Made by a program: the position numbers and the translations under genes. Source: Podarcis erhardii (taxonomy: Eukaryota). From it: a stretch of DNA of 64,000 nt. Under the pieces are notes generated by a model. That model was not told the DNA's origin and searched no databases. It saw only the letters and a list, made by a program, of their open reading frames with translations. This document shows, one piece after another, positions 8,606 through 21,239 of this stretch. The stretch lies in NCBI GenBank assembly GCA_964252035.1, contig OZ176214.1. One strand, given 5' to 3'. Position 1 is the stretch's first letter, and each line of letters begins with the position of its first letter.

Positions 8606-9120
8606 TGCCCATTAATTACTCAAAAACCATGGCACATTTTACCAGCCCATATTTTACCCACTTCATCACAAGAATATTGTGTGGGACTTTATCAAAAGCG
8701 TTACTGAAATCAAGATACATTGCATCCACAGCATTCTCCTGATCCAAAAAGCTTCTAATTCTATATATATATATAAAAAGAACTGAGTTTTGTCTTGCAT
8801 GATTTGTTTTTGAGAAGCCTTCTCCCTGCAACTGTTGGCTACTTGCGTATACTCTTCCTTCGTGGTTTCCCCATTTTTCCATTTATTATACATGCCCTTC
8901 TTAATTCTCAGCTCATCTTTAAGCTACAACCACACTGGTTTCTTTAAATGCCTCCCACTTTTCTTTCTTGTTAGAATTGACTGCCTTGGTGCCTTCAATA
9001 TTTCACCTTTAAGAAGCTCCCATCCCTCTTGGACTTCCTTGTCTTTCTGCACTGTTTTAGTGTTGTTAGCCGCCCTGAGCCCGGCTTCGGCTGGGGAGGG
9101 CAGGATATAAATAAAATTTA

Positions 9121-9173
<53 letters not shown>

Positions 9174-9240
9174 ATGGCCGACAGGTTGGGATTCCAAACA
9201 GGAGCACTCCTGTTAGGAGGTGAGGAGGTACACAGCAACA
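8606..9240 (-). mobile_element. CR1 LINE ORF2 remnant with large internal deletions, interrupted by an L2-type tail
   Basis: GWELLKGEILKA...RKKSGRHLKKPVWL, MYNKWKNGETTKEEY, VDAMYLDFSNAFDKVPHNIL. Confidence 0.8.
9050..9171 (+). mobile_element. L2-type 3' tail with (TTA)n microsatellite
   Basis: gttagccgccctgagccc...gggcaggatataaataaa followed by (TTA)n at about 9127-9171. Confidence 0.6.
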
Positions 9241-11576
9241 TTTTGTTGCAGTTTTATATGTCACTAGTAATCTTAAAGGTATGTGTAGGTTCTAATGCTT
9301 AATACAGTGCTATCTTCTAAACACATACAGTATGCATGTGTGTTTAGGAGATCCATAAAAGTTTAACACTGCAGGCCTGTGCATGTCTACTCAAATGTAA
9401 GACTCACTAAATACTCTCAAGTAAGGCTGCAAACCTAAGCATGTCTACTCAGAAGTAAGTCCCACTGAATTCAATGTGGTTATCTGCCAGGTAAGTACAG
9501 CTGGGATTGCAGCCCAAGCATGTGTAAGACTGCAACCTAAATGTGTCTCTATTTAAATAATAATAATTAAAGCAATACTTTCTGCATTAGGACTTGAAAA
9601 AGCCAAGCACATCTAGCTGTGAGAAGTCTACAAACCCAAGCCGAGTAACAAATTTGTCTGGCTGGCATCCAAATGTGCCTTTCAGACCTTTCTAAACATC
9701 TGCAATGAACTTCATGGTCATTGATTTGGTATTTCAGGAATCTGGAGTTGTGTCGTTTGGCGCCAAATGTGTGACAATAAGACCGTGACTTCAAAGGGGA
9801 GCCTCTCACCCAATGAGATGTTCTATCCCCTCTTTCCCCTGGATGAAGTAGCCAACCAATCAGTAGATAGCAATATGTCTGATCTATTTGCGCAGGCTTA
9901 ATAGCAATTGCTCGCTTGTCGACTGATACAGCTGCCTCCATATCTCTGCCAGCTAGAGGTGACCACTTAAAAAAAGTCCCAAAAAGATTCTTAACAAGTG
10001 TATACATTCTATCACCACCAAATAATCACAGAAAACTGTCTTATTCCAAATTAGATCATTGGTCAACCTGGCCCCTAATTTTTCAACCCTGACTAGCAGT
10101 GGCTCTCCAGAGTTTCAAATAGGGGTCTTTCTTCCACCCTCAAATCTGGAGATGCTGGGAAGCTTCTGCATGCGAAGGATGTAGTCTGACGCAAGGGATG
10201 TAAGAAGGCATCATTTTCTATTCTGCCCTTTATTCATCCCTAGCAGAACTGTTTCCACTATGCTGCAGTTCAATTTCCACCAGAATTGATGCTATTTATC
10301 TCACATTCTTCTGTGGCATAAGTATGTAACTTACATAATTTATTCAATTCAATATGTCAGTTATTATGTTATTCCATGCAAAGGAAATGCAATGCAAATG
10401 AGGACAATACATAATCAATGATGTATTATTTGCAGATTGAAAGAAGCAGCAGCAGCAGCAACAGTGAATACTAATCATATTCATTGGTTTGATTTCTGTT
10501 CTGGACATGAATAAGTAAACATTAGTAATCTCCACTACCATTTCTATTTTCGTTGGAATTATTTGACATCCTTATCATGCAGTTAGCTTTTTACCTTCCC
10601 CTTGCATGTTCCTAAATTAGGGGTGTGACTCTCAGTCTTACTTTGGACCCCCCCCCCAGTCCCTCTTTTTCAATATTAGTTCTCAGGTAAAATCTGACCT
10701 CTCAACCACTACTGCTGCTTCTATTTGGATTCCCTGTTCTACAAATACCCCAGCACAGATGCCTGCATTTTATAAAAAACAAGATTTTGGGCAACTTCCA
10801 AAAATCATTGTTGGAAGTGGGGAGGAAGGGGGAGCACTGATGTTGGCATGCCCTTCTCTCACTAGATAGGGTGGGTGCCTCTAGAAAGTGGAGCCCTTTG
10901 TCTGCATTTACAAAGGGCCATAAGAACCTCAAATCCTATGGCATTCATGCCCATGACCTTTTTGAAGTTACCTCTCCAGTTAATTAATAACACTCACACT
11001 AATTGCATAGAACAAAAGGAAAAGACCTCATCAGCATTCTTGCTTCCATCTGGGGGTGGGGAGGGAATCTTGGACTCTGTGAGAAGCACATACAAGCCCC
11101 CCAAAACTGCCCCCCCCATTGATGTGGTATCGTGCATGGGAAATGTGCTATTCATTTGGAGGCTTTTTATGTACTGAAGCAAATCAGTTAGAAATTGCTT
11201 TGATGATATCTTCGTGTGTGAACTGGAGGTCGGAGACATTGCAGCGGGCGGGGATTTCTTGCTTTGAGATCCAACATGAAACATCGGCCTGAGCTGAATG
11301 TTATTCCATGATTGTTCAGGTGGATAATAGACTCTATAGCCAACATTCCTTCAGTTAGTTAATACCTTGAAAGATTAGCTGGCCATAAATCAAAGGCTTT
11401 TACCATATTGCAGGCCACTTTTGAGAGCCCGTGGACTGTTGGCTTTGTGCAGAACGGCTTTTTCTACTTCAAATCCTTTTTACTACCCTTTTGGGTTTCA
11501 CTTTGCAAACCTCCGGGCTCATTCACACAATCACTAGTGGAAAATCCTATGCATAAGTTGGGGGGAGGGTTCTGCT

Positions 11577-11610
<34 letters not shown>

Positions 11611-13191
11611 TTAAAGCTTTGGCACCATCCTTTAGTCTGCATATTTTGCTGCAGGGGTAGCCAATATGGCTCCCTCCATTCCAATTCCATCTGCTCCATC
11701 CAGCATGGCCAATGGTCAGGGCAGATGAAAGGCACAGTCCAACATATAGACACATGGCTGCCCTTGCTCTGCTGTAACTAAGGATGCTTGCAGAATTCAT
11801 TCTGCATGACTTCTGATCTGCACCTTGCAAACTAATATACAGATTGGAATGTGGTTATCCTGTGACACAGTTAGAAATGGATGAACACCAGTTTCTGGGA
11901 ACTCCAGGTGGAGAGAGTTGCTGTTTTGCTCATGTCCAGCTTGCAGGAGTCTGGCTGGCCATAGTGAGAATCAGATGCTGGACCAGATGAGCCACTGGGC
12001 TGGTCTACAAGGCTCATCTTATCTTCTTATGAACCTCTTTATTTGACTTTCTTTCACTTTCTCATTTTTTCCAGCCTTAAATTCAGTTCACTATATTTCC
12101 ATATCAGTTTGTGAATTCTTTTTCAAATGTCCTCATGCAAATTCACCAGGATTTTAGTGAGAATTCATTTGAAGATACACATATTTGCATGCGATTTGAC
12201 CCAATATACACATTTTTGCAGAACTGTTTCCCCTAATATAATGCAAAATTTGGAGAAGTGTGCGTTTTGGAGGACAGTTCTTTTTCAGTTTGTATATTGC
12301 TTAAGAAAGTATGAATTTGGTGGCTCTATCTTTAAATGCAAAACAGAATCAAATTTCTCCTTCACTCCTAGGTACAGTACTAAGGTACACGTAAAAATGC
12401 ATGTTTTAGGATAAAATAGGGTTATAAATGCCTATTTTTGTGAAGATTCTTCAAAAAGTACATACTGTAATACCAATTTTAATGCAGGGTTGTTGTTTTA
12501 AAGTAGAAGATTCATGCAGAAATGGAATGCAACAGACTTAGGGAATGAAAATATCTGAAAAACCAGAAAGAGTATGCTTAACCCTCCCTAACTGTAACAA
12601 GCTTAAGCCCATGTAACGGGGGTGGGGGGGGTGTAGAAATTTATATCCCTATCTACCCTTACTTTCATCTTCTTCCACCCTGTGCTGAAATTTAGTTTGC
12701 AAGATCGTAGAGGCAGGGATCTGCCTTCTTATTCTTTGTAAAGTGCACACTGATGAAGTTCGACAAACAACAACAATAATGCGTGTATTGTGTATTGTGT
12801 GGGCATAGATCTGACGGGGTTTGTGTCTACTCCCTGCAAATTCTTCCCCCATAAAAAGGATGGATATACTGCTGGAATCAAGCACATGTGATGTACATGC
12901 ATGCGGGCCTTCTCTGCACTTGATGCACAGGAGCCTTGGCTGATGATGGTGTGAAATGGCCTTCAGTCATTTCACATGTATTTCTGCAGCAGTACTGCAT
13001 GAATCCTACCACCTTGCTGAAGCTGCGCAGATTGGAAGAGGCATAGCATAGGAACATAAGCAGCTGCCTTATACTGATTCAGAGTCATTGGTCCCTCTGG
13101 CTCAGTACTTTTCATATTGATGGGCAGCAGCTATCCAGCATTTCATGCAGAGGGCATTCCCAATTCTACCTAGAGATGCTGGGGATTGAAC

Positions 13192-13465
13192 CAGTAATTT
13201 GCGCCCCCTAACCCATGGATTTGCGCCCCCTAACCCCAGTGGCGTAGCGTGGGGGGTGCAGGGGGGGCCGGCCGCACCGGGCGCAACATCTGGGGTTAGG
13301 GCAAATCCACGGGTTAGGGGGCGCAAATCCAGGGGTTAGGGGGCGCAAATTACTTGCCTTGCCCCGGGTGCTGACAACCCACGCTACGCCACTGCCTAAC
13401 CCTAACCCCCAGATGTTGCGCCTGGTGCGGCTGGCCCCCCCTGCACCCCCCACGCTATGCCACTG
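13192..13465 (+). mobile_element. hAT MITE (outer copy; left TIR deleted after CAGT), 8-bp TSD GATTGAAC
   Basis: TSD at 13184-13191 and 13466-13473; right TIR cccacgctatgccactg; inserted in the tRNA-like head of a SINE (gggattgaac|ctagaaccttctgcatgc). Confidence 0.85.
13237..13394 (-). mobile_element. hAT MITE (inner copy of the same family, inverted), 158 bp, TSD CCTAACCC
   Basis: Perfect 17-bp TIRs CAGTGGCGTAGCGTGGG; TSD at 13229-13236 and 13395-13402. Confidence 0.93.
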
Positions 13466-14135
13466 GATTGAACCTAGAACCTTCTGCATGCAAAGCAGAT
13501 GCTCCCTTGGTCTGGTCAGTGCCTGGCCTTTTGAGTACTGGGTACCACATGCTTTGGGTTCCGTGATGGAAAAATGTGGGATATAAATGTAAGCAAAACA
13601 ATAAATATACTAAAATTAAACTCCCCCCTCCTTCTCCCTGTACCTGACTGATGGTCACCACTCCTGACTAGTGTAAGTCACTCTTTGCTACACCTAGCTT
13701 AGGACCCTATCCCTCCCTGAAACTTTCCAGGTAAAAGTGCAGCATGGCTTGCTGAGGAGAGAAAAAATGATTAAAATAAAAATAAACTGGAGAAACAAAA
13801 ATACTTTCACTAGTCAGCAAAAGCAAGCTGCCAAAGGTGTTTGTAGAAGCTCCATAAAATGTGCAGGAATCCCAGAGATTGCCTAGGACAGACTTCCTCA
13901 ACCTCAGCCCTCCATCCCAGCATCCCTGACCACTGGTCCTGGTAGCTAGGGATCATGGAAGTTGTAGGCCAAAAACATCTGGAGGGCTGAGGTTGAGAAA
14001 GCCTGGCCTAGGAGCCCCTCCAGCCACAGACCTGAATCTGGGGCCTTCTGAGTTGTGTTGTGGTGCTGGGTTCTTTCCTCCAAACCCTCTAAGAAGACAA
14101 TTGAAAAAAAAAAAAAAAAAGGACATTTCACTTAC

Positions 14136-14310
14136 TTCGCCCGTGCTTCTGTTTGCTGTTGAGGACAATCTGTACAATAGTTCCAGAGGCCTGTTGCATA
14201 TCTGGCAGGGCTCCTCTGTTACTTCTGCCACCAGGGGCCCGTGGAATGCTGGCTGCCTGTCGGGAATTGCTGGGTGGAGGGTCATAATGGGAGCGATGAG
14301 GAGAGTGCCT
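14136..14310 (-). CDS. CHRDL1: CHRDL1 exon 8 ([18 protein letters not shown]...[18 protein letters not shown])
   Basis: 175 nt; AG 14311-14312, GTAAGT donor 14134-14135; linker between VWC2 and VWC3 matching the recalled RSHYDPPPS and [11 protein letters not shown] motifs. Confidence 0.96.
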
Positions 14311-14949
14311 CTGCATGAAAGAGAGAGAAAGAGAGAAAAAACCCTCTGAGAACAGGAATAGGAGAGCTTCATGAGACTGAAGGTTTTAGAAGAACAATCT
14401 TATGAGCTCTGTTATGGAGCTTCTGTTGTCAGGACCACATTCCAGGAGGGTAGCTCTGCTACGGGTGCCTCCAGACTGTTGGTATTTTGCAGGAAGGAAC
14501 TTTAGGCTTGTGCCTTTAAAGTGGATTAATGTGCTCAGTTGCCCTAGCACGACAAACCCATTCCACAAAAGAAACAGACTTTGCAGTTAGGAAAGTAATG
14601 GGGAAAGGCATTGAGAAGTGTGGGGTGAACTAATGATTAATGGGAAGAAGTTTAAATGCCACTTGAGTAAATCAGGATGAATGTTGGATGAATGAGCTTT
14701 GTTGAAAAACCTCCCAGCAAACAAATCATAACAAATGCTTGGGAAAGACTGGGTACAATCTGAGCTCCTTGCCGGCTTTGTACAAGGATCCATGCCGACT
14801 GGGGCTAATGGGAATTGGAGCCCAGCAACATCAAGATGCTAAATGGAAATAGGTTCATAAACAGCTTGTCTTCACTGTACTCTTTTTGGTGCCTGCTAAA
14901 AACGTTTTTGCTTCAGCAAGCATACCTAGATGTGTAATCTTGATAATGA

Positions 14950-15150
14950 TGATGATGATTTTATTATTTATACCCCGCCCATTTGGATGGGTTTCCCCAG
15001 CCACTCTGGGTAGCTTACAGCATATCTAAAAACATCAAACATTAAAACCTCCCAATACAGGGCTGCCTTCAGATGTCTTCTAAAAGTTGTATCTCCTTGA
15101 CATCCGAAGGAAGGGTGCCACTACCGAGAAGGCCTTCTGCCTATTTCTCT
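14950..15150 (-). mobile_element. L2 LINE 3' fragment
   Basis: tttataccccgccc...agccactctggg..gcttacag; gggctgccttcagatgtcttctaaaag; gccactaccgagaaggcc. Confidence 0.6.
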
Positions 15151-15856
15151 GACGCATGTTTTAATCTGGTTTTTAGTTTATTTCAGATTATGTTTTGAAT
15201 GTTTTAAACAGTTGTTTTTAATTGTTTCATTTATTTATTTTTCTCATGATTTTCTTAATACATTCTTTTTGCAAACTGCTTTGAAGTTTTATTGCAATCA
15301 AGTGGCATATAAATCTTGTGAAATAAATAAACACTAACAATAGCTATACCTGGAGGGCCACATGTTTTCCACCCATGCACCAATACTGTTAGTACAGAGT
15401 AAGGTACAACCTCTTCTTCTCTTGGACTTGGATAATCCACTTTTGGGGATGTTGGGAAGCTTTTCAGGGAAAAATAACGCAGCTGCCTGCCCTACTTATC
15501 TCCAGGCAAGGCTACCATATGCATAGGCTAGCACACAACAAGCTACTTTCATAAGTGCTTTCCTATGGATGGAGTCTAACACACCTAAATCTCAGCTTAT
15601 GATGATTTTGCCCATAATTGTCATAGATACTTCACAGATGCATTTTGCTAAAGGTCTTAATATCACATAGGAATGGCTCTGGAGTTACAGGAGCTCTCGA
15701 TAAAGTATTGTCTGGTAAGTCCCCATAGGGTTTATGGTGCACTTTCTTTGGTGATGCAGTGCTGGTGGCCAACCCAAATGGCCAATGAAGAATCTTCCAT
15801 GTTTTGTGTGTGTTTAAAATGGTGGTCATTTCTTCCTGGTAATGTCCTGGAAACTG

Positions 15857-16796
15857 AAATGGGCACAGGACATAGGGTACAACATTATGTTTGCTGACTG
15901 GGAAAAGTTATGGACCACCGGTATGAAGTTCACGGCATGTAATGCCTTGAAAGAAAACATTATGAAAATGATATATAGGTGGTACATGACTCCAGTCAAG
16001 CTCGCAAAGATATACCATCTGTCTGACAATAAATGTTGGAAGTGTAAAGAAGCTGAAGGAACATTCTTTCACCTTTGGTGGACTTGCCCAAGAGTGAAGG
16101 CTTTCTGGGAAATGATATACAATGAGCTGAAAAAGGCATTTAAGTATACCTTCCCTAAGAAACCAGAGGCCTTTCTTTTAGGCATTGTCGGCCAGAGTGT
16201 GCAAAAGAAGGATTGAACTTTTTTTATGTATGCCACAACAGCAGCAAGGATACTCATTGCTAAATGCTGGAAAACTCAAGATTTGCCCACGCTGGAAGAA
16301 TGGCAGATGCAACTGATGGATTATATGGAACTGGCTGAGATGACTGGCAGAATCCGAGACCTGGGAGAGGAACTGGTGGAGGAGGACTGGAAGAAATTTA
16401 AGGACTATCTACAAAAACATTGTAAATTGTATGAATGCTAAGAAAGATGTAAGATTTGTAATAACATGGCTCCAACAAATTAGTAATAAGGAATATAAAT
16501 TTGAACGTAATTGAAAGAAAAGACAAATTTTGGATAAACAATATTTCAAAACTAAGATCTCAAAAGTGTGATTTAAATTCTAAAATTTGAGATTTAATAT
16601 TGGATAATTATATGATATGAATTGAAACAAGTAAATAATTTGCTAGCAAAATTTGTGAGTTCAGGATGCAGGAACAAGAGATGTGAGGAAGTCCTAAGAG
16701 GAGAATGAAATGTGGAAATTTGAAAAGACTATGTTATTACGTATGTTTTTTGTTTATTGTTTAAAAACTTTAATAAATATTATATATATAAAAAAA
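15857..16796 (+). mobile_element. 5'-truncated L1 LINE (ORF2 C-terminus with CCHC region, 3' UTR, A-tail), 19-bp TSD
   Basis: KCWKCKEAEGTFFHLWWTC zinc-knuckle; one in-frame TGA at 16214-16216; AATAAA plus A-run; TSD GGTAATGTCCTGGAAACTG at 15838-15856 and 16797-16815. Confidence 0.93.
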
Positions 16797-17128
16797 GGTA
16801 ATGTCCTGGAAACTGTTCTAACTTTGTTGGTGTTGTTGGGTGGAGGAGATGGTGGCAGCTGGGAGATGGTATGAGCATTTTTTTAAAAGACAAAAAAGAG
16901 TCCAGGGCAGGGATCAATTATTTGCTCTAACACACTGGGTTCTCAGATTCTCCCCCTTGTCAGATTAGGTAGTAATTTGGGGTTCCTTTCCATTTCTTGC
17001 AGAGTTGAGGGCACTTGAGTCCATTGATTCTAGTGGACTTAGGTTTGCCTAAATCTGTTTTGGATTACAGCCATTATTTTGAGCAACGAAAACATTCATT
17101 CTCTCCACCCCCACCCCACCCCACCCCC

Positions 17129-17196
<68 letters not shown>

Positions 17197-18424
17197 AGAG
17201 GCATTTGTTTGTTTTTGTTAGGTTTTGCTCCTCACATTTCAAAATACTGAGCTTTCATTTCAAATTACTCTGTTGTAACAATCAGTTCTGCTGGACTGAA
17301 TATCTGACAGTTTGGTTTCATAATACAGACACCAAAATCATTGCAGACCCAGATTTAGTTCCTCAGAATGAGTTGGATATACACACTCCAAGCAAGGACT
17401 TTGCTCCAAACTTCTGTAGCCCTGCGGCTGTGGTTGGGGAGGCATTCTTTATCATCACTGGCCAGAGGTCAAAGAGCTGTTGGGGAGTTCTGCTACCTCC
17501 ATCTCAGCAAGAAGGCCAACACAGGAAGGGAACAGCAACAGCTCATTAGTAGAGCATCTGTTTTGAATGCAGAAGGTTCCAAGTTCAATCCCTGGTGTCC
17601 CCAGGTAGGGCTGGGAAGGTCCTTATTCCAAAATCCTGAAGAACCACTTCCAATCCTCAGCCTGTCCCCAACTGGACACAGAGTCATGAAGTTGGAAGGG
17701 ACTTGGAATGCCCCCACCCCCCTGCATTTCTGCCAATGCAGAAAATCTGCTGCTACCACATCACAGATTGGTGGCCACCCAGTTTCTGTTTAATAGCCTC
17801 TGACAAAGGAGAGTCCACCACCTTCTGAGGCTGTCTGTTCCATTTTCTGCTTTTGACCTTTGAAATTTATCACTCTGCCGCTGTACTCCACCCCAAAAGT
17901 CTCCCCAAACGCTTGCTGATTCAGTGGCCACAGAAATGGATACAGACGCTCTTCTGATTGGCAATTCAGTATACTCCAACCACAGAAAATAAGCAACTGT
18001 TTATGTTTCCTTCACTGCTAATTTTTTTTCTTAAACAAAGGATGTTTTCTCCCCTTCCCTCCTCCCCAGATACATGAGATATACTCATGCCCTTGATTGC
18101 ATTTCAACTATTCATGGGCTAATTTTTTTTGATAGATTTTCTTTGTCTTTTTTTTCCAGGAAAAGAAAGCCAGGCCTCTTCCAGTTTCAAGCCAGTGAAC
18201 GTCAAAACGAGCTTTAAGTTTCCTATCAATTTAGTCAATGCTTCAACTACCAGAGGACGTCTCAATCACAAAGATAAGTCTCGCTACTATAAAAACATCT
18301 GCCAGAAATTCCCCCTTTGAAACAGGATGGGTGTGAATGAACAAAAGACACAACAACCTTGGGTGTGTGCACAACTCAGTAGGAAAGTTCTGTTTCTTTT
18401 GATGAGATCATGGACTTCACTTAC

Positions 18425-18492
18425 AGCTTCTCTGTTGGCTGGTTGCCGAAAGATGTCGCCATCCGAGTTGTCCCACGAAGACTCCCTGTCTC
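18425..18492 (-). CDS. CHRDL1: CHRDL1 exon 7 ([23 protein letters not shown])
   Basis: 68 nt; CAG acceptor 18493-18494, GTAAGT donor 18423-18424; creates RGD across the exon 6/7 junction. Confidence 0.96.
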
Positions 18493-19131
18493 CTGTAATC
18501 AAGAGACAATTATGTCAAGAATTACTGGGGCCATTTGTGATCCCCACCCTGATGTCCCTGTGTGTAATGAAAGTGAAGATATCAACATGGAGGAGTTATA
18601 TTCCAATGATAGCCTGAGGACATTTCTATGGAGCTTTCTACTGTTTAACTAAACTGGAAACAGAACTGTCCTAAATTCTGAAACAGCCTCAGCCTCACTC
18701 TTGAATAGGAGAATTGACTTTTGGCATGTTTCTGGGGTCTGGGGCTCCAGGTCTTCATGGTTTCCAGGCTCAGGCTCAATATCAGGACTTGGGCCACACA
18801 CTTCTGCATCTAGTACTGATGGCTAGAAGTGCTTGCAGATTTCAAAGCACACCAACCTGGGTCACATTCACAACATATTTTTAAACCACTCCCATGCCAC
18901 TTTAAACAGTCATGGCTTCCCCTAAAGTTCTGGGAGCTGTCCTTTGTTAAGGGTGCTGAGAGTTGTTGGCAGACCCTTGTTCCCGTCACAGAGCTACAAG
19001 TCCCAAAGTTGTTTTGCCAATCAATTCCTCGTCCTAAGAAACTGTGTTGACAACTAAGTATTGTGATTTCTGCATTACAGGGGGTTGGGCTAGATGACCC
19101 TTGGGATGCCTTCCAACTCTACAGTTATCTA

Positions 19132-19357
19132 CAGTGGTACCTCGGGTTAAGTACTTAATTCATTCCTGAGGCCCGTTCTTAACCTGAAACTGTTCTTAAC
19201 CTGAAGCACCACTTTAGCTAATGGGGCCTCCTGCTGCTGCCGCGCCACCAGAACACGATTTCTGTTCTCATCCTGAAGCAAAGTTCTTAACCTGGAGCAC
19301 TATTTCTGGGTTAGCGGAGTCTGTAACCTGGAGCGTATGTAACCTGAGGTACCAGTG
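19132..19357 (+). mobile_element. Tc1/mariner (Tigger/pogo-like) MITE, copy 1
   Basis: TIR CAGTGGTACCTCGGGTTA / ...GAGGTACCAGTG, TA TSD; sits in a CR1 3' tail. Orientation arbitrary. Confidence 0.88.
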
Positions 19358-19805
19358 TAATGCTATGATGCTACTTAGCTAGATGGACCAATGGTCTGGC
19401 TTCTTGGCAAGGCAGGTTCCTTCCTGTGTAAAAGTAACTTTAGGGGAAGGATCATAGCTCAGTGCTTAAAGCTTTCTCAACATCTTCAGGTAGGGTTGCA
19501 AAACAGACCCCTGTCTGAAACTCTGGCTGCCTGTTGTCACTGTCGACAGAACTGAGGTCAATGGACCAGTGGTTTGACTCAATATAAGGTATCTTCCTTA
19601 TACTTATGTTCCTAAGTTTCCTTCTACCTTAGTGGAAGTTGCTGATAAGGCTGCCCCAGCTACAGTAGTCATGCTGATGAATTCAGTGTCTGAAGAAAAC
19701 AGTGACATTCCAGCTGCCTGAATGCCATGCTTAATTGTCGAGCTCTCTCAAGACATGGGCAGGTTGGGCTTGGCATGTAAGAAATTGCATACATATATAT
19801 TTTAC

Positions 19806-19899
19806 CTCTGCAAACTGGGCAGCACGATTCAGGTGTGGACACTGGAGACGTGCAAGTTAATTTGGGACATGTCTTCAAGCCACAGTACACATTTCCTTC
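19806..19899 (-). CDS. CHRDL1: CHRDL1 exon 6 ([31 protein letters not shown])
   Basis: 94 nt; AG 19900-19901, GT 19804-19805; end of VWC2. Confidence 0.97.
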
Positions 19900-20689
19900 C
19901 TGCCATTAAACACACAGAAACACAAAAAGATAAAAGTAGGGCTAGTTAGTGCTTGATGCAGGTGCACAGATTCAAATGGCAGATGGTTGCCATAACAGCA
20001 AAACAATCCCATGCGCATTCTTTACCTTTTATGAAGCGTTATTTAATTGCAACAAAGCTTAAAATGATGAGCTGCTGTCTCTCTCTCTATATATCAAAGC
20101 TCTGGAATCCTCATAACGCTCTCATGTCACTGACCTCTCAAATAATCAGATGTAGAGGAGGACTGAGAATCTCAGTAGCAGGAAGAGGTGCATCCTACCT
20201 ATTCCCTTCAGCACTATGAAATGTGTGACAGGCTGAAACTGCCCAGTTGCCTTATTCTTGTGACTTTCAAAAAGTTCTTTTGGGCGGTATGGGGCACTGG
20301 AGTTTCTCTGAAGATTATAAATTCCTTAAAACAGGGATGGGGGCCATGTGGCTTTCCAGATGTTGCTGGACTACCAACCTCCATCAACCCCAGCCAGCAT
20401 GGTCAATGGTCAGGGATGATGGGGCTTGTAGTGTGGCAATGCCTGCTCCATCACAGGTTCTGCAGCCCACCTGATAACTGTTTCCGAGAAATGTTCCATG
20501 TTGGATACCTCATCTTTTAAAATAGAGAATGGAGAAAAGAATCACACTGGTTCAAAACCAGAGGTCAAAGTGACTTACAAAGGATATATATTGCTCTCCT
20601 CACCCAACTGGAGAAGCTGTGTCATAGATGAAGCCTTGGCAATGCATTCACTGACTCAGTTACTTGACAGTGTCCCTGCTCCATTTCCC

Positions 20690-21221
20690 TTCTATTATTA
20701 ATAACATCAATAAATTTATTAGTCACTTATTTGCCACAGTAATTCAAAGTGACTTGCAACATTTTAAGCAAAAAAACCAAATGCACACATTAAAATCAGC
20801 ATTTAAAAAAACATTAAAACATCCCACCCACAAAAAAGGCCATAGATATTTGAAAGTCAAAGGCCTGATTAAAGAGGAATGATTTTGCCTTGGGTTTGAA
20901 TATATGCAACAATGGTGCCAGGTTGAGTTTCTCTCAGCAAAGTATTCCACAAGTGTGCAGGCAGCACTGAGAAGCCCTGTTCTCATCTTGCCACCGTCCA
21001 GACCTCCTGTAGCAGGAGCGCATGTAGAAGGGCCTCAGATGACAAATTGCAGGGGCTGGGTTGGTTCACATGGGGAGGGAAGGTCCTTGAGGTATTGAGG
21101 ACCTAAGCTACATAAGACTTTATAGGTCAAAACCAGCATTTTGAGGTGGACCCAGAGACTAATTGGTAGCTGGTACAGTCAAGCCAAGATTGGTGTTATG
21201 TGCTCAGATGTGACTGAAGTT
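20690..21221 (-). mobile_element. L2 LINE fragment (host of the 21240-22963 insertion)
   Basis: aaggtccttgaggtattgaggacctaagc...tttataggtcaaaaccagca.tttga...ggacccag typical of the L2 RT C-terminal region, minus strand. Confidence 0.6.
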
Positions 21222-21239
21222 TGAATGTAATGTTCTGCA

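Noticed and set aside
9567-11284. ORFs 9567-10007 (146 aa) and 10994-11284 (96 aa) as extra exons or nested genes
   Set aside because: No recognisable domain, no support from the CHRDL1 exon chain (exons 8 and 9 join in frame directly), and lengths are within chance expectation.
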